Positions 26,862-38,903 of a stretch of 64,000 nt of DNA are shown in pieces. How positions within the stretch are numbered: position 1 is the stretch's first letter; each line of letters begins with the position of its first letter. The stretch spans positions 5,828,001 through 5,892,000 of the forward strand of contig CM075992.1 of assembly GCA_038087875.1 (NCBI GenBank), in the 5' to 3' direction. Under the pieces are notes generated by a model. It was not told the origin of the DNA. It was given only the letters and a program-made list of their open reading frames with translations, and did not search any database. The translations under genes and the position numbers were made by a program. The DNA comes from Malacoraja senta. Lineage: Eukaryota.

Positions 26862-29800
26862 TTATGGCATATGTAAGACACAGGCCAGCCAGGAGTGTTT
26901 TGCATAGATGAGTTCACACAGTGCAAAGGTAACACAGGAGTGAGACAGGGTGGAGTTTGCCAACATTACTCATGTAATTTACACCACTAAATTTCTTATT
27001 CAGCCTCTGGAGTTGCTAAAAAGGAGGATGTTGGTACTCATTATCCACAATGATAATGATAACCTTGTCTGCCAGGATGGAGGCCGCACACACATGACAC
27101 CACGGCTAATTTAAACGCGAGAAAATATACCAGAGAATGTGTTAATGGTACGTAACAACATTGTGTAACTTTCCAAAAGAATCAGTTCATTATACAAAAA
27201 AATCTGAAACTAGAAGATGTTTCAGAAGTAGGCCCAGAATAGACCAGATTTCCTAACCTACCATGCTGTTTTGTTTCCAGTCAACTTTATGCTCTGGGCC
27301 TCCTGATTAAAAAATATTTTTTTGTACAACTAAGTCTGAAGAAGTCTCAACCCAAAACGTCACCCATTCCTTCTCTCCAGAGATGCTGCCTGTCCCACTG
27401 AGTTACTCCAGCTTTTTGTGTCTATCTCCATTTTTACATTTACAAATCTCGTTTGGAAAAAAAAAATCGCCGCCCAAAAAAGGCAAAAATGGAACAACCT
27501 GTTTTGTCACCTTCTGGGAATGTTTTTTTTTTAAATTAACCAAATAATTTTTTCCCACTTTCTCTCACACCTTGTAAACCCTAAAGGCCGCATTACAAAC
27601 ATATTGTTTAACCAGAAAGAGCAAAATTGCAAAATCCATCAAAAAGTGGACTTTTAAATAACTTAGTCTAATTAACAATTGCGTACTCCTGTAACCTTTA
27701 ACATGTTCATCATTAACTTTGAAGGGGAGTAACAGCAGTCGGAAGAGAGAATAATTTCAGCCACAATAAGTGGATATATCATTTATTTCTTACAAGAATT
27801 GCATCTTACTCTATTTTTGTCAAATTGCTACCCAAATAGAAAATGGTAGCACAAATGAGTAATCTGGGCAAATTAAATCACGTTTTTGAGATGGAGATAC
27901 CAAACTGCAGTTTATTGCCATCGTGTGCAATTCAGTGCATTCCAGGTGCAAAAGGGGGCACTGAATTGACTGAAAATGTCCAATACGACAACGTAAATAC
28001 TTACAGCTGAAAATTAATCCTAACAGCTTAATCTTAATCTGTTAAGAAAATTGCTCTCATTTGGATTCAATCAGGAACATAAATCCCCAAAATTGTGAAT
28101 GGTGTAAGCATGCTTCTTTCATTCTGCTACTTATTCCCACTCCCATTCATGCTACCCATCGCCTCTCATCATTTTGATCTCACAATGTTTTTCTTTTTGC
28201 TCATCCTCAGAGGAACCACAGGACAGTTAAACACAATGTAAAGATGACACTACTTCACTGAGATGAAGAAACAGTCAAATTCCAAACAAATGCTCACCCC
28301 CACATCAACCCAACATACACAAACGGCTAAATTCAGGCACAGAATCTCAATGCGGTATTATTCAATATTACAGCCAGACCTGTGCAAGAGATGGTGGATC
28401 CAATTGAAGAATAGACAAATTTGACATGCTGTATTGGCTTCACATCCAACAGTGCTTAATTCAATCAAGGAACCATATTTCAGCCTAGTTAAATGTTTAA
28501 GAAGGAACTGCAGATGCTGGAAAATTGAAGGTAGACAAAAATGCTGGAGAAACTCAGCGGGTGAGATATCAGTTTTCCAATCTAATGCACTTCATGATGG
28601 AAAATACATATTCAAAGATGTAAGCTTCCTTATTATGCAGAGTGAAAAACGTCTAGCATAAAGCAATAAAAAGTTTCACAATTTCATGGACTGAAATCAC
28701 AAACCATCCAAGGTGCAAGACCAATACCAGCCTCTACAGACTCCAATTTAACTATTTGGAACTGCCAGAGTAATTCTGTTTGTCGATTTCCAATAGCAAT
28801 TTAAACCATGCAAACTATTTAACATTGTCATATTCGATTTGACAAATGCAATGATACCATTTCTACCATAAAACTAAAGTGAAAATTCAGAGATAAAACA
28901 CATGTCCAACCATGCCACAAAATATTCAATTGACCAGCTGCAGTGATAAAATAAATTTCCATAGTACTAAATATTTTATGAGAAACAGATTTGATATGGA
29001 TTGGGTCACCTCAGTGCTTGAAAATGATAATGAAATACAATATTAATTTTTAAAAATCAATAAAATAATTGAATCCAGAGTAGTAGACATTGCATTCATT
29101 TGCTCAGTTTCTTAATTACAAATTTAACCAATGCTCCAAATTCCATTAAAAATTAAGTTGAAGGAATTCCTTTAAGCTGCAACGATGCGTGTATTGTACG
29201 TTATTAATTCAAATAGGAAAAATCATTTTACATTCACAAAACAAGATACAACACAACTTAGCCATTCGTTTCATCATAATTAACAACATAATATTCCTAC
29301 TTTTCCTATCATTTTTACAGTGAAAGGTTGAGGAGAACTGATTATATACAACATTGTTTCAAGAGTAATTCTTAGGAATACATTTGCATCACATTTAGCA
29401 AACATAGCACATCATTCTTCAAGTGGAAATATTAATTTGCATAAAAGATAAATATATCACTGTTTTAAACAGGCTGTACAAGATTCGTGTAATCAGTTAA
29501 ATAACTAAAGGCCACAAGATAGGGACTTTGTGTCTATGCTATACAAACAGAGCCCCAAACTAAAATGTCATCATTAAAACATCCCATGTGTTCAATGTAG
29601 ATAGCAGAATACTGGAATGTTTTCATATCCACATAGAAGGGCATAAGAAACTCGATTGTTTATTGTTAATAGTAGTGTGCATATATCAAATTGAATCAAA
29701 CTGCTATCACGTTAGCTTTAATCAAGATTGTAATCAATACAATTTTGTCACACAGAAAAGCAGAGCATGCAAATTGCACCGTGGGTTTCAAGACAACGTT

Positions 29801-30339
29801 CAGATTGTCAGAACGAATGGCCGAACTCTTAGTTTCATAATTACACCACCAACTACACGTGTATCCTGTCACGTTCTGAATTCATAATTTAACAATGCTG
29901 GAGATGGCTAGTAATTAACTAACTATCGTCACGTGAAACTGAGCCTTTTCTGCAAACGACTTTATAATGCATCCATTTAATAAGACCGAGTGCATCAACT
30001 TCACTTCCGCGCATTCGCGTACTGGTTGAAATGGCCGGCACCTGAACCCATATCTTAAGGTAAACAAATCAAAGCAGATATCCACAGGCTTGGCCAGCTT
30101 ACAAAAGCCTATACCAATGCTTGCGTTCAAAATACCGAAATAGTATGCGATAATATCACATATTACCGTCGATATTACCTATATTAGGACCAGGTAATCA
30201 ACAATAATGTAATAGTTACATAAGTAACTTTCTGGAATACATTTGAACTATTTTATTGTGTGAAAGTAGGAGCAAACACAGCACTGAGTGAAATGATGTA
30301 CTCCCTTACAACTAAAGACTTTGTTATTGCTGCCATTTC

Positions 30340-31330
30340 GGCTCCGTAGCTATCCGGGGAAGTAGACGATATTAATTAATAGGCCCCCCCAAAAAAACAG
30401 GTCGGGGAGGGAGGCGGCGGAATTAGTGCACAAGAGGCAGACACTGCTGCCACCCACACCATCCATTGCGGCCACACACCGACGTCCATCTTTAGGCGGC
30501 GCTGCCGCTGTGCGAAAAGGGTAGCGGGCGTTTCTTTCCTTCTTGAAGTGAAAGTGGCGACGAGCACCGAGACCGCCCCGGCGCTGGGCCTCACACACAC
30601 ACGCACAAAATGGCGTCAGGAAGCCGTTTCCCGCTCGGCGCCGATAACAATAAAAGCCGATCGCCCGGCCTCTCCTTCCCTCCCTCCGCCCGCAGTTTGG
30701 CCTTGCCCCCGCCGGCACTCACCGAGTCGTTGGGCCTGCCGGGGCCGCAGAACCGCCCTCACTTTCCATGCTGCCGCTTAAAATCCAGCTGTCGAAAACG
30801 GCAACCGAGTCCCGGCGCCTTCGGGAGAGTTTTTAAACCTATACTTTACCCGTTTCGTTAGGGATTTTCTACATAAATCCGACGAGAAGCGACTCCCTAA
30901 AGCCGAGCCTCCGCTCCGCAAATGGCACCCCGACGACACCTTATATACCCCCCGCCATCTTGGACGCGCCGATTGGCCAGCAGGTCCCACGTGACGGAAA
31001 ACCGCCCGTCCCCATTGGCTGCGGCCTTCCACGTGACGGCGGGCCCGCATCACCATTGGTTACCATCTCCGTGTGAGTCATGGCGACGGACGGCCGCTGA
31101 CGTCGGAACCTCCGCGATGGGGGAAAAAGCGAAAGCCATTCCCGAAATCCCGGTTTGATTTTTTTTTTCCAGCGGGTACCGAAGGAGAGGGAATGATTTC
31201 CTCCCTCACCCCCTCCTCCTTCCATGACAAAAAGGGGGTGGTCCGTCACGTGACGGGGGCGCCGCGCGGCGATTGGCCGGCCTGCCCTCCTGGCACGTGA
31301 TAGCTGACACCCTCGCTCCCCCCCCCCCCC
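30340..31330 (-). promoter_or_regulatory. CpG-island promoter of a minus-strand gene (TATA, YY1, CCAAT and E-box cluster)
   Basis: GC/CpG-rich island in an AT-rich background. Minus-strand TATATAAG 30947-30940; CAAGATGGCG 30962-30953; four CCAAT (30972, 31014, 31055, 31272); CACGTGA at 30988, 31030, 31247, 31294; TGAGTCA 31074; TGACGTC 31098. Confidence 0.88.
30723..30769 (-). CDS. Putative coding part of the first exon of the minus-strand gene (MESEGGSAAPAGPTT + phase 2); BRD4 suspected from synteny only
   Basis: Strong Kozak gcagcATGG about 170 nt downstream of the TATA; strong donor TCG|gtgagt at 30722. No downstream coding exon is confirmed in the window. Confidence 0.5.
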
Positions 31331-31337
31331 GCCTGAG

Positions 31338-31694
31338 ATAGACACAAAGTGCTGGAGTAACTCAGTGGGTCAGGCAGCATCTCTGGACATAGACACAAAG
31401 TGCTGGAGTAACTCAGCGGGTCGGGCAGCATCTCTGGCCATAGACACAAAGTGCTGGAGTAACTCAGCAAGTCAGGCAGCATCTCTGGAGATAGACACAA
31501 AGTGCTGGAGTAACTCGGCGGGTCAGGCAGCATCTCTGGCCATAGACACAAAGTGCTGGAGTAACTCAGCAAGTCAGGCAGCATCTCTGGAGATAGACAC
31601 AAAGTGCTGGAGTAACTCGGCGGGTCAGGCAGCATCTCTGGAGATAGACACAAAGTGCTGGAGTAACTCAGCCGGTCAGGCAGCATCTCTGGAG
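31338..31694 (+). repeat. Minisatellite, 7 x 51 bp, derived from a Penelope-type terminal repeat
   Basis: Unit atagacacaaagtgctggagtaactcagcgggtcaggcagcatctctggag starts at 31338, 31389, 31440, 31491, 31542, 31593 and 31644. Confidence 0.97.
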
Positions 31695-31740
31695 AGAAGA
31701 AATTAAAGGAAGGGTCTCGACCCAAAACCTCACCCATCCC

Positions 31741-32008
31741 TTTAGTTTAGAGATACAGGCCCTTCAACGTGCCAGCCAGCAACCCCTGCACACTAACGCT
31801 ATCCTACACACTAGGTAGAATTTACAATTATACCAAGGCAATTAATCTGCACGTCTTTGGAGTGTGGTAGGAAACCGGAGCACCCGGAGAAAACCCACAC
31901 GTTCATGGGCAGAACGTACAAACTCCGTACAGATAACACCAGTAGTCAGGATTGAACCTGGGTCTCTGGTGCTGAAAGGCAGCAACTCTATTGCTGGATC
32001 ACCGTGCC
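31741..32008 (-). mobile_element. HE1-like V-SINE inserted into a Penelope terminal repeat
   Basis: Reverse complement of the 60782 family; splits cacccatcc|...|ttctccaga of the host repeat. Confidence 0.8.
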
Positions 32009-32119
32009 TTTTCTCCAGATGCCTGTTCCATTGAGTTACTCCAGCATTTGAGTCTATCTTTGGTGTAAAACCAACATCTGCAGTTCCTTCCTACACAGAA
32101 CATCTCGCCGCCGCTTCAC

Positions 32120-32780
32120 AAGTCTGAAACAAAATGCAGGAGTATCTCAGTGGGACAGGCAGCATCTCTGGAGAAAAAGAATAGGTGATATTTTGTGTTG
32201 ACACCCTTCTTCAGACAGACAGGGGAGAGGGAGGCAAGAAGTATGGAAGAGTACGGTGTGAAAAGGACAGAGCAGATGAGATGCTGTTCAAGGAAATGTA
32301 GAATGGTTCATTGTTAGCTGAGTGGAAGGTAACAACGAGCCATAAAATCAGTAAAATTAATCAGGAGGATAGTGAAACTAGTAGAACTAGTGTGGGGGAG
32401 GGACAGAGAGAGAGAAAGCAAGGGTTACTTGAAGTTAGAGAAATCAATATTCATACAGCTGGGTTGTAAGCTGTCCAGGTGAAATATGAGGTGCTGTTTC
32501 TCCAGTCTGCCCTGCGTCTCACTCTGACAGTGGAAGAGACCCAGGATGGAAAGACAAATGGGAGGGGGAGTTAAAGTGTTTAGCAACCCAGAGATCACAT
32601 AGGCCAAGGCAGATTGAGCAGAGGTGTTCAGCGAAATGATCGCCCAGTCTGTGCTTGGTCTTGCTGATATATAAGAGTCAGGCAGACAAACAAGATACAC
32701 AAAAAGCTGGAGTAACTCAGCGGGACAGGCAGCATCTCTGGAGAGGGGACGTTTCGGGTCGAGACCCTTCTTTAGACTGA
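32120..32780 (-). mobile_element. Penelope-like element fragment (endonuclease remnant and terminal repeats)
   Basis: Minus ORF ends LSILGLFHCQSETQGRLEKQHLIFHLDSLQPSCMNIDFSNFK, the same family as 15345-15860. Confidence 0.75.
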
Positions 32781-33399
32781 GCTGTTGATTGGACTGTTGG
32801 ACTTTAAGGACGTGACTCATGGGATAATTAAGGTTGCGATAAGGGTGAACTGATTTACTTCTGGAAGGGAAAACAGGCAGACTTATTCACAAGTTCATAA
32901 ATTAAAGGAACAGAATTAGGCCATTCGGCTCTTAAAAATAGCGCAGTCAGGGGATATGGGGAGAAGGCAGGAACGGGGTACTGATTGGGGATGATCAGCC
33001 ATGATCACATTGAATGGCTCGAAGGGCCTACTCCTGCACCTATTGTCTATCAAGTCTATTCCACCATTTCAACCATGGCTGTTCTAGCTTTCCCTCTCAA
33101 CCCCATTCTCACCATAACCCCTAACCACCATTGTGTGTGGACTTGAGGGCCCACCCAATTCAAAATTTGCATTCTAAGTTGGTACCCAATTCAAAACGTG
33201 AATTCTAAGTTTGTATACAATACACAGGGATGATACCAGAACTAATAGTTATTATAACTGTGTAGGAAGGAACTACAGATGCTGGTTTGCACCGAAGATA
33301 GACACAAAGTGCTGGATTAACTCAGCGCGACAGACAGCATCTGTGGAAAGAAGGAATGGGTGAGGTATCGGGGCGGGGGCCTTGTTCAGACGGGCAGGG

Positions 33400-33720
33400 T
33401 AGGACGATGAGGCGGCAAGATGATGTACCCGAGGCCGCGGCTCCAGCACTCGGGCCCGTCCAGAGGCGCCGCCACCTTCCCCTTCTCGCCCACTTTCACC
33501 CCATTTTGTTTCCGCCTCACCCTCTCTCTCTCTCCCCCACCCAAAAAAAACCCCTATACATATATATAGAGCAGTTGAAGTCGGGTTGCTTGCCGTAAAA
33601 TTTATTTTACCTGTGGTTTGCGCCCGCGGCCTTCCGATTCCACCCGACCTTTCCGCCCCTGCGTGACGCCAGACGCCGGCTGGCAATCATCCGGAGGTCC
33701 CGCCTCTCTCCTTAACCCTT
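33400..33720. promoter_or_regulatory. Second small CpG-rich patch with a candidate minus-strand first exon (donor at 33610)
   Basis: CpG-rich; minus strand reads GGCGTCACGCAGGGGCGG (half-CRE + GC box) followed by CAG|gtaaaa. Confidence 0.4.
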
Positions 33721-33884
33721 GCAGTTCCCCTTGGGGGTGGACACTCAGGAGTCAAGAGTGTTTTATTGTCATATGTCCCAGATCAGATCTTGCAGCAGCA
33801 CAACAGAATATGCAAACATAGTACACGGTAAACAATAAACTGGAAACCAGAGTGTGTATATATACACATACACACAAAATGTAT

Positions 33885-34022
33885 AAAAATGACCTTTATT
33901 AAAATCTGACAATGTGCACTTTAACCACATGTGATTTTTTCCTATTACAAATCTCAAATTGTGGAGTACAGAGGCAAATAAATAAACGATGGGTCTTTGT
34001 CCCAAACATTGTGGAGGGCACT
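33885..34022. mobile_element. Tc1-like transposon terminal fragment
   Basis: Ends in gggtctttgtcccaaacattgtggagggcact, the reverse complement of a Tc1-type CAGTG.. terminus. Confidence 0.5.
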
Positions 34023-34613
34023 TTATTTATAGTCCCCCAATTTGTTGACGTTGCCTTGGGATTGTGATTGTTCAATCCAGCTTCAGACTTTTAAATTATG
34101 ATGAAATCTTAAATTGAGTTGGTAATGTGCTGTGTAGGAAGGAACTGCAGATGCTGGTTTACGCTGAAGATAGACAGAAAATGCTGGTGTAACTCAGCAG
34201 GTCTGGCAGCATCTCTAGAGAATAGGAAAAGGTGACATTTCGGGTCGAGACCCTTCTTCAGACTGAGAGCCAGGGGAAAGGGAAATGAGAGATATAGATG
34301 GTGATATCGAGAGATATTATTCTATATCTATTTCTGCAATTCCTCCCTACATTTTTTGTGAACCAGAATCTGCAGTTCCTTATATCCACAAGCTGATGTG
34401 CAATCTTTCTCATTTGGAGGTTCATTGTTGTCTTGTCTCATTATTGTCATATGTCCCAGATAGAATAATGAAAATCTTACTTGCAGCAGCACAACAGAAT
34501 ATGTAAACATAGTACACTGTAAACAATATAATAAACGAGAAAAAATAAAGTTCAGTGTGTGTGTATTTATGCACATACTCACAAATACACATGAATAATT
34601 AGATCATATTAGT

Positions 34614-34617
<4 letters not shown>

Positions 34618-34661
<44 letters not shown>
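34618..34661. repeat. (TA)n(TG)n microsatellite
   Basis: Direct reading of the sequence. Confidence 0.95.
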
Positions 34662-37600
34662 ATTATTGAATTGTGTGTATGTATATATGTATGTTTACAC
34701 CGAAGATAGACACAAATCTAATCTAATCAATAATTAGATTGTATACGCACACAAACGTACACATAAAAAAACAATAATAGTGCAATAATAACAATAATCG
34801 TCTGTCTGAAGCCCAACAAATGCTCTCAAAGACCCTCTTCCAGACAATCCCACCCCCTTTTTAATCTCGGGATTAGCGGTAAAGTGTTCCAATTCGCTCT
34901 CTGGGTGGGGTGGTGGGGAACGTTGACTTGTTTAGAAGGCGAGGAGCGTTCGCACCCCGGTCTCTCCCGACGGTTGGAGCGACCGTTGGAAAGACAAGCC
35001 GGCGGGATCACTCGACAATCTTTAGACATGAATACCTCAACAAAGTTGACAGAATCTCAACTGGCTGCACCCTCGGCGGTTCTTTGAAGTGTTTAAACTC
35101 CGAGCACAAACGTTCGTTGGGTGTGAATCCTGTCAGTAAGTGATTGTCTCCTTTACTTTCATTAGAGCTTCCTTGCTTGCACTAAGTAATCGAGGGAACC
35201 AGGACAAATCTTATTTTGAGTTATACTTTAATGCAAGTACCATTCTCCCGAAGCATCGCCTGGTCCATCCTGTGAGCAGTAGTTATTGCATTGCAGTCTG
35301 GCAGCTTGTCCCACGTTGATTATTGTCTGTTGAAGAAATTGACTGAAATCAAAATTCTGATGGGCCTTCGGTCTACAGCAATTGTAAGGTATTTCAGGAT
35401 AGCCCAACACGTGGGTATCACAGGTCTTGGTGCTGTTTAATTTCACCACAAAGTTATCATCGCTGAAGGTCATTGTGGTGGGCTGCTTCTGTTCCTCAAC
35501 GTGTAGTTGAACAGGTTAAAATAAATAAACTCATTCTCCAGCCTATCTTTACTATTAAAATAAACACCACGATGTGCTGGAGTAACTCACATGGTCAGGC
35601 AGTCTCTCTGGAGAACATGGATAGGTGACTTTTTGGTCGAGTCTCTTCTTCACAACTTTTCTATATTTGTTTAGCTGACTTTTTAAAATATTGTTTATAG
35701 GAAAAAAATGTCATGTTTTCATGTAATAAAAAGGAACTGCAGATGCTGCTTTGTTCCAAAGATATAACAAATATCGGTCTGAAGAAGGGTCCCGAGTCCT
35801 GACCCAAAACGTCACCTCTCCATTTTCTCCAGCAATGCTGCCAGACCTGCTGAGTTACTCCAGCATCTTGTCTCTATCTTTGTCATGTTTTCAGCTTATT
35901 TCTCCTATTGCAGTATCTTCACACATTGGCTGAGTTAGTGTATATCAAATGCTGTCCACAGTAAATAATGACATTCCATGCATTAACATAGAAGGTCACC
36001 AGGCTGATCAAGGACAATATTCAGTATATACTCAAAGCCTCCTTGAAGAAAGTGCGACATCTCTACTGACTTCTGCATCTGAATGACCCCATGGTTGTTC
36101 AAGTGGAGGAGGAGCATTCAGGGTGGTATTGGGAACCTTGGTGCCCTGTAGAAGGGGTGCCCTTGGTTACAAACTGTTACCTATTTGAAAGATGGACTTG
36201 TGTGGAAGAGTCTGCAGTTCCTCCATTGCCTCACGAGACTCCACTAAACCAGAGTGGAAGCAAGTCATCCTCAATCTTGAATAATTGCCTGAGAAGTATA
36301 CTTCAGAAAATGGAAGGTGGTGCCCTGCGCTATCAATTATAGAAACAGAGAAAATAGGTGCAGGAGTAGGCCATTCGGCCCTTCGAGCCATTCAATATGA
36401 TCATGGCTGAACATCCAAAATTAGAACCCCGTTCCAGCTTTTTCCCCCATATCCCTTGATTCCCTTAGCCCTAAGAGCTAAATCTCTCTTGACAAATTAT
36501 GTAGCTAAATTTTAAAAGTATCTTATGCAAGCTAAGAAGAATATATAACACAGTCTAATATAGTGAAGACACTAATATGTCTTATAAACAATTAATATTT
36601 TACATCATGATTTGGGGAAAGGTCATTGATCTGAAACATTAACTCTGGTTTCTGTTTTATTCCTATCAACCAACATTTAAAAAATAACTTTTACCTGCAG
36701 ACGAAAAGTACACAATACAAACCTTATTCAGCAATCAGAAACGTGAATATCAAACTAACAAACTCATTTAACCTGAACTAATTTTAAAGATGAAATTAAT
36801 CATGCAACATGTTTTTTTTTACTCTTTCTCTGACAGAATGCTGAGATAGAAATGCAGATTATTGCTCCCAATCTGCTGTCTTTTGTCTGACAGTCTGTTC
36901 AGCTGGAACACAGCCAAGCTATTGTGTAAATTCCCAGGAATAAATTCTGGACTGAAGAACATTAAGATCAGCCATCTTCCTACCTCAATTATGCATATGA
37001 TGGCATATATGCATTAAAAAAACACGAGTTAAATTATATTTAAATTGAATAGAATAATGTGTCCCATCGATATATTCCAAACACTTTGATCAAGTTGTAA
37101 GTGCGTCAAAGTACAATAACTACCATCAGCTTAGGTTAGAAAAGTATTAAGGTCTCTGACGAAAACAAAGAGTAGCCTATCTAATTCAACAAGAACAGAT
37201 AAACCATAAGCAAATTTTTGATGATAATGTGAAATAACAGAAAATGTTGGCGATGCTCAGCAGGCCAAGCTGTTCCTGTGGTCAGAAAACTGGATCTGAT
37301 GATTCCTCAAAACATGAAGTGAAACATCCTATGGTTTGAAAATTATATTAGTGTCTTCGCCATATTAGACTATATTCTTATTAGCCTACAGAGAGAATGA
37401 ATAATTTTCAAATTTAGTAACATATTAGCATTTTAAAAATAAATCCCACGATACAATAATTATTTTGCTTTTTTTACAACAATGTGAAGCAGAAAAAATA
37501 CTTTTAAATATCAGTTCCAGTGAAATCCAAACTTAGTATCAGTAAAAGTAAGTAGGTTGTTGATGAACACTGAATCATGTACATTGAGTTACCCAATGAT

Positions 37601-37683
37601 CTAGGTAATGGAATGAGTGGTTAAGCCATTCATACCACCTAACCCACGTTTAATATCTGCTCCATGCTGTTATTTAGGTAGCA

Positions 37684-38177
37684 CAGTAAACCCTTGTTAT
37701 AACGGAAGATATAACGGAGTGTCTGTTATTGCCGCTCTAACCAAATACGGTATTATCATTCTACAAGTAATAGAAACAAACATTTGCTAGTTGATACACA
37801 AAAGGATATAAAATGCTGAAGTAACTCAGTAGGACAGGCAGCATCTCAGGAGAAAAGGGATAGGTGACGTTTTGGGTGGAGACCCTTCTTTAGACTGTTG
37901 GTCCGGAACTGGGCTTGGAATGCAGTTGTGTTTACGGCCCCGGCCTGCGGGCGGGGGAGAGGCGAGGAACAATGGTCACGGTGGCTGCAGTGCAGGTGAT
38001 GGTCGGCGGTGGCAGCGGCAGACACGGCCTGCAAGTGGTGGGGAGGCGGTGCAAGCCGGAGGTGTGAACGGCAGGGGACACAGTGCGAACTGGGCGTAGC
38101 GTCAGCAGCTGCCGGTAGGTCTGGCCACTATAACCAAACTCTGTTATAAAGAGGTCCATTAAAACAAGGGCGTACTG
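37684..38177. mobile_element. Tc1/mariner-pogo (Tigger-like) MITE with an internal Penelope-repeat insertion
   Basis: Imperfect 22-bp TIR cagtaaacccttgttataacgg / ccattaaaacaagggcgtactg; TA target duplication not preserved. Confidence 0.6.
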
Positions 38178-38765
38178 CAGATTGGGTATTAAAATCAACA
38201 TTGGTGCCCGTGAGGAAGGAAAGAAAAAGCCATCCAATTTTGTGGTCTTCATCATAATCCAGTGAACCCAGCTGGAGTTGGCTGTTGATGGTGTTCTGAT
38301 GAGGACAAGAACAAACTCACCTTTGCTGTGAGTGGGAACAGGCCCTTCGGCCCATAATGTCCATGCCTAACATTATAGCAACTTAAACTAATCTCCTTTG
38401 CCTGCACATGATCCTTTCCCTACATATCCATGTGGCTATCTAAAAGCCTCTTAAATGCCACTATCGTATCTGTGTCTGCCACCACTCTCCGTTCCCGACA
38501 TCTTCTTTAAACTTTGCCCTGCTGACCTTAAAATTATGCCCTCTAGTCTTTGACATTTCTACCATGAGAAAAAGGTTGTCTATCCCTAATGTCTATGCCT
38601 GTCATAATTAAAAAAAAACTTCTTTCAGGTCTCCCCTCAACCTCCGATGCTTCAGAGAAAACAATCCAGGTCTGTCCTAACTCTCCTTCTAGCCAATACA
38701 CTGGATGAATTGGAAAATTTCTTCTGCTCTTGATTTTACTCCATTATCTTTTCTTCCCAGTAGAA

Positions 38766-38903
38766 ATGATTCCAGTGACAGAACTATCATATTTTGGGGA
38801 ACAAGACCCAGCATTCAAAATCCTGAAGCCCTGGTGGGATGTATTTGCGGAATATCTGACCCTTCTAATGGTTCTGGTGTCAATGTTTGGAGGAGCACTG
38901 CAG
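38766..38903 (+). CDS. LRRC8: LRRC8-family volume-regulated anion channel subunit, coding exon 1 (aa 1-46)
   Basis: [46 protein letters not shown] is the LRRC8 N-terminus/TM1 with the LKPWWDVF hallmark. Acceptor ttttcttcccag ends at 38760; donor CAG|gtaaaa at 38904; phase 0. Confidence 0.95.

Noticed and set aside
28005-28038. 34-nt minus-strand micro-exon (ttcttaacag ... CT|gtaagt)
   Set aside because: Only splice-like motifs support it, which is expected by chance in 30 kb of AT-rich intron.
30972-31037. ER-stress element (ERSE/ERSE-II)
   Set aside because: Orientation and spacing (ATTGG-N10-CCACG) match neither CCAAT-N9-CCACG nor ATTGG-N-CCACG.
31338-31694. CRISPR-like array or repeat protein (ORFs 31246-31737 and 31365-31706)
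   Set aside because: The units are contiguous with no unique spacers, there are no cas genes, and the context is eukaryotic. The ORFs arise because the 51-bp TE-derived unit happens to lack stops.
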